IMG/VR virus record: IMGVR_UViG_3300021425_003554
Direction: 5' to 3' (one strand)
Source: a virus
Taxonomy: Duplodnaviria; Caudoviricetes
Length of the DNA stretch: 64,000 nucleotides
Numbering within the stretch: the stretch's first letter is position 1; each line of letters begins with the position of its first letter. The notes beneath the pieces were generated by a model. It worked only from the letters and a program-made list of their open reading frames with translations. It had not been told where the DNA came from and did no database searches. Below are positions 1 to 9,000 of this stretch, in pieces. The translations under genes were made by a program, and so were the position numbers.

Positions 1-233
1 CTTTTTAATAACTCTAGTTGTCCTTTTTTGGCGTATGCATTGATGACGATCAAACGACAATCATCTAATTTTTCTAATATTTCATTCTGTTGTTTTTCTA
101 GATCAAAACCGTTGCTTCGGCTAAATCCAACGACAGTATAATTTTTTTTCTTGTATAAATCAGAGATGGCTTTACCAATTCCCTTGGTGTGACCCACTAT
201 TGCTATCTTATTTTTGATTTTTTCTGTCCTCAT
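1..233 (-). CDS. short-chain dehydrogenase/reductase (SDR)-like protein, N-terminal part only (runs off window start)
   Basis: Manual translation from ATG at 233: MRTEKIKNKIAIVGHTKGIGKAISDLYKKKNYTVVGFSRSNGFDL... Rossmann GxxxGIG motif; overlaps end of upstream gene. Not in ORF track because it is truncated. Confidence 0.7.
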   Translation of the reverse strand, partial: MRTEKIKNKIAIVGHTKGIGKAISDLYKKKNYTVVGFSRSNGFDLEKQQNEILEKLDDCRLIVINAYAKKGQLELLK

Positions 234-885
234 AAACTTTTACCAAATTGTCTAAACCCTCAAAACATTCTGAATAATTTTGATAATATTCATCAAATTT
301 TTCTTTAGTGTATTGCGATTCTTTATAAAAGTCAATGAGTAATGTGGTTCTATGTCCTGGATTGTTGTTGAATCCATTATGTAACTGCAATCCGGGTTGA
401 AAAACATATGCTTCACCTGTTTTCCATGTGTATAGTTCTTGTTTATTGGTTTTTAAATTTGTTACCCACATACCACTATCGGAACCTCCACCGTCATCGA
501 TACACAATTGATATCTCCATCCTCCCTCGTTGTCTGTATGATTACCAATTTTGGTGTTTGGTCCAACTGTCATAAATGCCACATTTGTTTTATAGGGAAA
601 TTTTCTTAGTATCGAATACAACATAGGATAGTCGTTGTATTCCTGTCCTTCATGCTCACCTGATTGTATTCCTAATGCTTTCCATTCCCCGTGAACATAA
701 TCCCCGGGCCTGTCTGTGTCGGAAAAATCTTCCGGCAATCCCCTAACACCATCTGAGAAATCTTCAGGATCTAAAAAAACTTTGTTGGGCTGTGACTCAA
801 ATTCGTATTTGATTTCTTGAAAATGTTTTTCTAATTTTTTAAAACATTCTCCTTGTTCGCCGTGGTAAAAACTTTTATCAAGCAT
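208..885 (-). CDS. aspartyl/asparaginyl beta-hydroxylase-like 2OG-Fe(II) dioxygenase
   Basis: GP..KIGNHTD (HxD), YQLCI, WKTGEAYVF, LHNGFN (distal His) and RTTLLIDF match the AspH cupin pattern. Confidence 0.8.
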   Translation of the reverse strand: MLDKSFYHGEQGECFKKLEKHFQEIKYEFESQPNKVFLDPEDFSDGVRGLPEDFSDTDRPGDYVHGEWKALGIQSGEHEGQEYNDYPMLYSILRKFPYKTNVAFMTVGPNTKIGNHTDNEGGWRYQLCIDDGGGSDSGMWVTNLKTNKQELYTWKTGEAYVFQPGLQLHNGFNNNPGHRTTLLIDFYKESQYTKEKFDEYYQNYSECFEGLDNLVKVYEDRKNQK

Positions 886-2293
886 TTAGTATATTAACAT
901 TTTTATCATGTATTTGTCTATCATGATTTTGCCAATTACTGAATATTCCTTCGCCGTGATTTATTAATTCTTGCTGTTCGCTTAATTCGAAGTAGTCGGT
1001 AAATTCTATACCATTAATAATTATTCTTCTATTTTCTGATCCAAACACATAAACTATATGCTCGTCATCACCTAGAGATACTCCGTGTTTGCTGTTTTCA
1101 ACCCTTGTCCATTTACCGTCTTCTTTGACCATGTGTGTGCCTGCAACCTTGATTCCTTTGTAATCGTATAAATTATCAACCAAGAATTTACCAGTGGCAA
1201 AAACAAATCCTCCTACTGCTACTTCGTCTTTGATATCTACCTGTTCGACTGGTTTGAATGACCCATCTGCCATTGTGATCATTGTGCCTGCCAAGAAACA
1301 ACCACCGCCACCAGATCCTGATGAAGCCGATGTAGAATTACCTGTTGAATCTCCAAAATCTGCCGAAGTGGGAGAAAATGTAACTCCCGAATTGAACATT
1401 GCTTTCCATATTCCACCAACTTTTGTGTAAGCGGCAGTTATGGTCTTCCAGGCACCGTCAACCTTTGTGTACATTTCGTTAATTTTTTTCCAGTCTCCGC
1501 CAACTTTTGTGTGTGCGTCAACATTGATATTAAAAGTTATTCTTACTAGACCGTTTCCTCCTGATCCTCCACGACCTCCACCGTATGCTATAGACGAAGG
1601 ATAGTATGGTGATCCTGTGCCACCTGGAGTTGTTCCAGAAGCCAATGTTACTGTTCCTCCCGCACTGGTTCCTGTGTAACCACCTTGACCACCTGTGTCA
1701 CCACTTGCTCCTGCTCCACCTCGGCCTCCATTGGCTCCACCGCCTCCGGCTCCACCACCACCTCCGTCTCCAGAGTGTCCGGCACCGTTTTCTCCCAATG
1801 TTCCGGGTGTTCCTGCTGTGGCCGATGTTGATCCTGTTGCTGACGCTCCTATGCCGTGGTTTCCACCACCGCCACCAGCACCACCACCGCCTGCTACTGC
1901 TATTTGTGTTCCACCGATAGTGATCACAGAGGCTCCGCCTCCTCCACCACCAGCACCTGACGAACCTGCTGGTCCAGAATTACCACCTCTGCCGCCTGAA
2001 TATCCTGTTAAACTTTTTCCATTGGTACCACCTGCCGCGTTACCTCCACCGGAACCGCCAGCACCTCCACCACCAACTCCGATTTTTATCGTCTGTCCGA
2101 CCAACGCACTTACGTCTATACCTGTTGCCACAACATAAGATCCACCGGCACCCGTGCCTCCGGGATTTCGATCGGCTCCACCGCCGCCTCCACCGCCGCC
2201 CCAAAGTTCAACGTCTATCGTGGATGTACCTGGCAACACTGTTGCCTGTTGTGTAGTACCTGTGTATGAAAATGTTTTGGTTATAGTTGGCAT
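878..2293 (-). CDS. glycine-rich tail-fibre/adhesin protein with C-terminal Hint autoprocessing domain
   Basis: ELWGGGGGGG / VAGGGGAGGGGG polyglycine motifs; three TKVxGxWK repeats; GGGCFLAGTMITMADG...AGTH Hint blocks at C-terminus. Confidence 0.75.
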   Translation of the reverse strand: MPTITKTFSYTGTTQQATVLPGTSTIDVELWGGGGGGGGADRNPGGTGAGGSYVVATGIDVSALVGQTIKIGVGGGGAGGSGGGNAAGGTNGKSLTGYSGGRGGNSGPAGSSGAGGGGGGASVITIGGTQIAVAGGGGAGGGGGNHGIGASATGSTSATAGTPGTLGENGAGHSGDGGGGGAGGGGANGGRGGAGASGDTGGQGGYTGTSAGGTVTLASGTTPGGTGSPYYPSSIAYGGGRGGSGGNGLVRITFNINVDAHTKVGGDWKKINEMYTKVDGAWKTITAAYTKVGGIWKAMFNSGVTFSPTSADFGDSTGNSTSASSGSGGGGCFLAGTMITMADGSFKPVEQVDIKDEVAVGGFVFATGKFLVDNLYDYKGIKVAGTHMVKEDGKWTRVENSKHGVSLGDDEHIVYVFGSENRRIIINGIEFTDYFELSEQQELINHGEGIFSNWQNHDRQIHDKNVNILNA

Positions 2294-2297
2294 TGTA

Positions 2298-3800
2298 TTA
2301 TGCCTCCCTTACAAACCAAATGTCTCCGTCTGAAGTTCCGGCATCGTTTACGCCGGCTGACGGTGCCACTAAACCAATGTATCGTTTTCCAGCAATGTTA
2401 TTACTTGCATCTGTATCTGCTCCACCGCCTGTAGTAACAGATCCGCCCCATCTGCCAATTGATTCAGCAACTTGTCCTGTGGTAGGAACGTTTAAATTTG
2501 ATGTATCTGTTGTGGAGATATTAGAACCAACAGCACCCAACTGTAAAGTTGTGACTTTTACAAGTCCTGCTGATGTGGTCTTTAAAACTCTCTCTCGGTT
2601 AGAATGTCCATCTGTGACTGCGTCAGTCAATGTGATGAGTTGTGAATATATTCCTCCTTCACCTGCTACCCAATTGTTATCTGACACTCTGTAAAATAAT
2701 CTGGCATCGTCGGTGTCTGATGTTTCTACAATGATTCCAGCATCTGCTTCTGCATTTCCTGAATTCAATTTAATGAAAGCATTTTCTACCAAATTGATTT
2801 GTGATGATAATTGTTCGTATTCGCCTGTGATACTTAAATTTCCTGTGATTTTAACATTACCTGTTATATCAAGATCCGCTGTTGGCGCCGATGTATGAAT
2901 TCCCACTCTGTTGTTTGTTCCGTCCAGTGTGATTGGTGTTTTATCACCACTTGAATGTTTTACACCTAAATTTAAAAATCCACCTTGTGACTTGTTGGCA
3001 ATTGTGTTATTGATACCTGTTATAGACATCTCTAATCCACCTGCAGGACTAGATACATCCGACACCAGTGTAATTGATGTTTCTGCTGTTAGTCTACCAT
3101 CTAGTGTTTGATCGGTGTCTTTTCTCATCATGTTGCCACCAGCAATGATTGTCGCTGAAGCATTGGTTGTATCTGATATATCCACTGCCGATGCTGATGT
3201 TGTTGATCCGGCAAATGATGCTCCCAGTGTACTGTTTAATGTTAATCCTGCTGTTATTGAGGCAAATCCTGTTATGGCCACCTGAGGTGTAAATGTCACA
3301 TTTGATAATATTGCAACTCTGATTGCTCCGTTGTAAAGAGAAGATATAACTCTTGCAACTCCACCGTTGTCGTTGATCGTTTCAATTTTAAATCCTGATT
3401 GTCCTTGACCTGATGAATAAACTGGTCCTACCAACACCCAAGCACTGCCTGAGTAGACATAAACTTGATCTGTTGTTGAATTGTGCCATAGGTCACCTGC
3501 TGATGGTGACGATGGTTGTGTTGTCGTGGTTCTGGCACCCCCTGATGGTTTAAATGATGTTCCGTCGTAAACTTTTAATGAATTACTGACAGTGTCAAAC
3601 CATAACTCTCCTTTTAGAGGAGCAGTTGGAGCCGATGTAGATGCTGAATTTTCTAATAATTTTACAAGGTTTTCGTTTAATAATTCACCAAAACCCGAAT
3701 AACTTTTTCCAAATAGTGTTAGTGATGTTGTGTTATCAATCGTGCTGTCTACGATTGTAGTTACTACTGTACCATCTGTTTTGTTAACTATGTATGCCAT
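2298..3800 (-). CDS. baseplate-attached tail fibre / virion structural protein
   Basis: MAYIVNKT...LxGKxYSGxGE..ENxxxLLEN N-terminus shared with the next gene; GELWFD and GDLWH repeats; GDIWF C-terminal motif; lies in baseplate operon. Confidence 0.7.
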   Translation of the reverse strand: MAYIVNKTDGTVVTTIVDSTIDNTTSLTLFGKSYSGFGELLNENLVKLLENSASTSAPTAPLKGELWFDTVSNSLKVYDGTSFKPSGGARTTTTQPSSPSAGDLWHNSTTDQVYVYSGSAWVLVGPVYSSGQGQSGFKIETINDNGGVARVISSLYNGAIRVAILSNVTFTPQVAITGFASITAGLTLNSTLGASFAGSTTSASAVDISDTTNASATIIAGGNMMRKDTDQTLDGRLTAETSITLVSDVSSPAGGLEMSITGINNTIANKSQGGFLNLGVKHSSGDKTPITLDGTNNRVGIHTSAPTADLDITGNVKITGNLSITGEYEQLSSQINLVENAFIKLNSGNAEADAGIIVETSDTDDARLFYRVSDNNWVAGEGGIYSQLITLTDAVTDGHSNRERVLKTTSAGLVKVTTLQLGAVGSNISTTDTSNLNVPTTGQVAESIGRWGGSVTTGGGADTDASNNIAGKRYIGLVAPSAGVNDAGTSDGDIWFVREA

Positions 3801-3810
3801 TTGTTTATAT

Positions 3811-5337
3811 TTAGCACCTTCCTACTACAATATTAATTGCGCCTATTTCTGCGGAATCGTAATCTTCTAATGCTTTTCCTATGATTGTTCCAGGGTTGGG
3901 CGAAGATATTTTTTTAGCCACACCAGGTAATGTGTTGTGTGTTCCTAACATATCACCTTTTCTAATGAATCCCTGTACTTTACATTTGACTTTTCCTAAC
4001 AATGCCACTGCTTGGCCTGTAGCATTTGAATTCATTAGATAAGCAGGATTTTCACTGATTACCCCTGCCACTCTAGTATCATTTCCTCCATTACATTGAG
4101 TAATTTCTTTGTCTCCACCAAATATTACAACAGTTCCTGGCTCGTACTCGGCATCTGATTCGTATATCTCTGCCAAGTCAGCGTACTGCGCCGCCGCCGC
4201 TGTTGTTGTGAGAATATTTGTTGATGGATTATAACTTAGACCACTATCTGTATATAGACTTTGCGATCCTGTTCCTGTAACAAAGGTCGGATATACTGTT
4301 GTATTTTCTGTGTTCTTTGCCGTGACGGTGACCGCATTTGCCGTTGATGCTGTTCCTGTTAAATTTCCTGTGACGTTACCTGTTATTGTACCTGTTGATG
4401 TTATTGTACCTTTGACATCAATGGAACTAGGATATGTCGTTGTTCCTACTTCAACTATATTTTCTGCCGCATTTAAAGTCAATATTGGTTTTATGATACC
4501 ACCATCTGTGATTTTAAAAATTATATCTTTGTTGTTTTCGATGTTACTGATAACACCTTCGTATGTTGCCTGTGATGTAAATTTGAAATTGTTCTGACCT
4601 CCAACTGTCAATCCTGTTGTATCCAAAGTTACCCCGGCAGGTTTTAAAACAAAATCAGACGCTTGATAATTACCCACTGAATCAGCATTTGTTGCCGTGC
4701 CATAAAATTTATATGTGGACGATTTAGGTAAAGATGTGCCAGGCACATATTCTGTTCCTGGTCTGTTTATTGTGATACCTTTATAGATTGTATGAAATCC
4801 TGCTATCGAAGTTTTTGGTTGGTAGTTGTCCTCTTTGCTGAATACTGCAATAGTTGTGGCATTGTCTTTGAGTTGTTGCAATTGAACATCCGAATCATCT
4901 GATGCTTTTTTTATATCATTGAAAAACAAACCCGATGCTGTTGTAGAAGCCGGGCCTACTAAAACGTGTTCGACCCCGTTGTTAAAATATAATTGTTGTG
5001 TTGATTCTTTTACCCAAAGGTCTCCTGCTGTTGCCTGAGATGGTTCTGTGTTTTGATATGTGGCACCGCCCGCAGGTTGAAAAGATGTTCCTGCATATAC
5101 TTTTAATTTACCTGAGGTTTCATCGAACCAAAGTTGTCCTTTTACTGGTTTTGTGGGTGCTGTTGTGTTTGAAAAATTTTCTAGCAAGTGTAAAAAATTT
5201 TCAGCAATGACCTCTCCGTAACCGGAATAACCTTTTCCTACTAACCTTAAATCTGTCTGATTGTTTACTGTTCCGTCTGACACCACAAACTGATTTGGTG
5301 AAGCAGAACTATTTGTTTTGTTTACTATGTAAGCCAT
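3811..5337 (-). CDS. tail fibre protein with C-terminal peptidase G2/IMC-type intramolecular chaperone domain
   Basis: N-terminus paralogous to 2298..3800; C-terminal YADLAEIY..YEPGTVV..VAGVISENPAYLMN..VALLGKVKCKV..GDML..IGKALE signature. Confidence 0.75.
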   Translation of the reverse strand: MAYIVNKTNSSASPNQFVVSDGTVNNQTDLRLVGKGYSGYGEVIAENFLHLLENFSNTTAPTKPVKGQLWFDETSGKLKVYAGTSFQPAGGATYQNTEPSQATAGDLWVKESTQQLYFNNGVEHVLVGPASTTASGLFFNDIKKASDDSDVQLQQLKDNATTIAVFSKEDNYQPKTSIAGFHTIYKGITINRPGTEYVPGTSLPKSSTYKFYGTATNADSVGNYQASDFVLKPAGVTLDTTGLTVGGQNNFKFTSQATYEGVISNIENNKDIIFKITDGGIIKPILTLNAAENIVEVGTTTYPSSIDVKGTITSTGTITGNVTGNLTGTASTANAVTVTAKNTENTTVYPTFVTGTGSQSLYTDSGLSYNPSTNILTTTAAAAQYADLAEIYESDAEYEPGTVVIFGGDKEITQCNGGNDTRVAGVISENPAYLMNSNATGQAVALLGKVKCKVQGFIRKGDMLGTHNTLPGVAKKISSPNPGTIIGKALEDYDSAEIGAINIVVGRC

Positions 5338-5342
5338 TTATC

Positions 5343-5999
5343 TTATTCCGTAAATGTTGTTAATGACTGAATTCTCAATGTGTAGTCAATTTGTATTAGC
5401 CTATTCAAAGATTTTTGTACAGGGTGGAATATGACATGAGTCAATAATTTGTTTGTTGTTCCATTTTCTGTACCTTCCCAACTTACTAATCCTAACTCAT
5501 CAAACACATAATCACCATTAAAATTTGTTGTGTTATCAAATGCGGCTTGACCTGTTGGTTCTCCATAATCCAGTGTACAAGTCACCACTATGTCTGTGTA
5601 CTTGTTTCCTGCTGTATGTCTTGTTTCAATTTTATTTCTCGTTGTGTCTTTATTCGATGTTGAATTATCATCGATTACTTTATAATAAGTTTTGTTATAC
5701 AATGATGCATTTGTTCCTGTGGTATTTGGTGTTAGATACGTGATTATTCCTGTTTCGTCCACTGATGTTCCTCCATTACCAAATGCCATCTCGTGTATGA
5801 ATCCTGTGCTTTTGTTGGCCAAACTTTTTGCAAGAGATATACTCATATTTTCATAATGGATTGCATTTCTTTTATCCACAATCACTTCGCCGGATGTTGG
5901 ATCCCAAATTTTAATATGCCCTTCCATTTTGATACCACTCTTGTCTTGAGGCTTTTTTTCTTCTATTTTTATGTTTTTAGTATTTTCTTGATCAGTCAT
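5343..5999 (-). CDS. baseplate structural protein (gp8-like position)
   Basis: EGHIKIWD..VIVDKRNAIHYEN and VFDELGL..LLTHVIFHPVQKSLNR..IDYTLRI; directly follows giant wedge gene. Start moved to ATG 5999, 7 nt after a TAAATA box (ORF track start 6023). Confidence 0.6.
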   Translation of the reverse strand: MTDQENTKNIKIEEKKPQDKSGIKMEGHIKIWDPTSGEVIVDKRNAIHYENMSISLAKSLANKSTGFIHEMAFGNGGTSVDETGIITYLTPNTTGTNASLYNKTYYKVIDDNSTSNKDTTRNKIETRHTAGNKYTDIVVTCTLDYGEPTGQAAFDNTTNFNGDYVFDELGLVSWEGTENGTTNKLLTHVIFHPVQKSLNRLIQIDYTLRIQSLTTFTE

Positions 6000-6009
6000 C
6001 TTATTGTAT

Positions 6010-9000
6010 TTATTCAGGTGCATTTGTTGGTTCTCCGTCTATGAATTTAGCCTGTATTGTTGTAGCATTTTGTAAACCCGTTCCATCAGAAGCAGAGTTT
6101 TCGCCCTGTGCATACCATACTTGACCACGTTTTTGTAATATTTTTACCTGTGTTCCAGATGCAGGTGCTGACGATAAAGTCACTGATGCTGTTGATCCGT
6201 CCACAGTGTAATTAGTTGTGCTACCATCTTCGCCAGTGATTAACAATCGTTGACCACCAATGAATATGTCTAATTCGCTGGCAGAAGATGGTGCATATGT
6301 TGTGGTAAATGTAACTGTGCTACCGTCACCTGTGTATGTTTTGATGTGTATAGCATCAGCATAAGGCACCGTTTGTTGGGCTCCTGCGTCTACCACTTTT
6401 GCGCCGGAGGCATGTGCCTTAATTCCTGTTCCGAGTGTTCCTCTACGTAAATTTCCTAATACATTTCCATTCTTGTAAAAATATTCAATTCTTTCTTTGA
6501 CTATGAACACCACTCCCGGTTTCAATGTACTACCATCGACCGGATTCAACCTGCTACCTTCCTCAACTGTTATGGTTTCATCACCAATATCTAATGGTAA
6601 CGACAGTTTTGTCGTGTGTGTTTGACTTATTCTTTTGTAGAACGTTCTGTTCAACATATCTTTAAAAATTCTATAGCCAACAGCATTGATCGCCGAAACT
6701 GCCTTGAAGTACATCACATCTATCCTGTCTGTGAGTAGTATGTTTCTTGAATAAATCTTAATCCTATTTCCTTCCACTAGATAATCATGTCCTGCTACCA
6801 AGGTCTCGCCATTTAACCAAACAAAAACATAATCACTCTTTGTGGGAGTATTTTCTAAATAAAACTCGCCGGAGTATACTCCTTCAAAAACTTCTCTCTG
6901 TTGAGTTGCTCCCAAGGCATTGTTAAATGTCGTGACTGTCAGAGTACTATTTTGTGTCAATGATAACCCGTCGGTTGCGATTTGTGTAGGATCTAGTATT
7001 ATGTCAGATCCTTCGTTGTAATAATGATTACCTATCAAGGTTGTGATGGCTATACTATCTGTCGATAACGGAACTGATAACATTTCTACACTCTGTGTGG
7101 CAGTGTTTATTCTATAATCCGAATATAATACTTTTTGTCTGCCATTTACGTAAACTTTGATTTTTGTTAAATCATTAATCGATGACGTTGAAGGAGATAT
7201 TAATACTCCAAATCTATAAACACTTACAGAAGTGTTCGAACCCGCATTTGATGATGCTTTCAAAGATAATGTGTTTCCAGTAATGCTGGATGAAAAGTTT
7301 AACTGATTTGTTCCGCCACTTGTTGTTATTGAAGGATCAGCATTCAAATAAACATTATTACTTCCGTTGTGTATCAAATTGACTTGATGAATCGATGATT
7401 CTCCTGTGTCGGTATTTTTACTAACAATCACATAAAATCCAGCATAGTAATTAGTAATCAAGAAACTATCAATAGTTTGTTCTGCAGATCCAATAACAAC
7501 AGATCCACGATTGTTGGTACCATCTGATATTTCATCATGTTTCAATAATATTCTATAAGCACGAATCTCTAAACCAGGTTCGTGTCCTGTAACTCGCAAT
7601 CTCACATCTGTTCCTGAAATGTCTGCATCAACGCTGACAAGATCATTACTACCTGTATTCACGTTATTAAACTCACTAACAAAAGCATCAACGTCATTAT
7701 GAACTGCTAATACTTCCAAATTAGAATATTCAGATTTACTAGAATTTTTAACTGATATGAAATATTTTGCTCCTCTGTATGTGCTTTTATTCCAACTGTC
7801 AAATGTTATTGTAGAACTATCAGTGGTTGATCCAGTGATCGTGGATTCTGTACCCAACGCCGATGATGATGTGCTGGTACCTAATCCTATACGAATGAAT
7901 GACGAAGTGTTCGAATCACTACTACCTGTTCCGTAAACTTCTAAATTCGATCCATTGATGCCAGTGCTGTACGTTGTATGACTGCTAGATCCAGTGTTGA
8001 CTCTGAACGCATCTGATATTACTGCGATTGTGCCGTTGTGTGTGACGGACATCACTGATGTTTCGTAATCACCGGAAACTATATTTTTATTCACTGTCAG
8101 ATACCAAGCACCATCGTAAGTTGATGTTGGTATGGAATCCACTACTGTTTGTAAAGTACTGATATTTTCTTTTGATCCTGTTGAAACTGTTTCATAACCA
8201 GAAGAACTTACTGACAATCCACTTGTAGAAAATCCTCTGTAAGAAAAATTCGATGTCGACCCATCTCCTATGTAATATCTGTTATCCGGACCTCTCAATA
8301 TTTTTCCGTCTAACTCCACCATTGTTAAACTGTCATAAGGTCCTACTGCCCCTGGTGGATAAGTCAATCCAAGTCTCACTGTGCTTCCGTCATATGTCAA
8401 TGACTGTGTTCGTAATTCGTAATATGCTCTACCCGATGTTGATGGTTTGTTGAATGACGCTATCTGTACCAATTTTCCAGATGCAGGTGGATTTGCTGTT
8501 GATCCATCACCACTATGTAAATCAACTGTTATCAATTTATTATTAACAGTTGTAGTGAAATTTGTTGTTGGTGTTCCGTCTATCGTAACATATAACTGGC
8601 TGGTCGTTGCACTGACTGATTGTCGTATGATGATGCTGGCACCATCAGACGGTGCGTCTTTTAGTGTAACAAACGATGTTGTTCCATCAACTGTGTAATT
8701 TATTGTGGCTCCGTTGACTCTATCTAATATCACACCATCTATGAAAATTGTCAAATCACTGGCATATTGTGGTGCACTGACGTCTGGACTTGTTGCGAAA
8801 ACTTTTGTGCTACCGTCACCTGTGTGTGACGTATTATATTGTATTTCTTTGGATTCGAAATCATTTCTCGTTGATGTTGAAAAACTAGATGTTGATCCGT
8901 CACCAGTGAAAGTGTCCAGCACCATGTAGTTCACTCCAGAAATAGCAAAACTTCTGATACTGATCGTTTCACCATTGTTGGGTGTTGAATTTAAAGTTAT

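Noticed and set aside
1194-2694. Plus-strand Pro/His-rich ORFs (1606..1920, 1695..2138, 2287..2694)
   Set aside because: Antisense shadows of GGN-rich Gly codons in the real minus-strand genes; no SD and no family motifs
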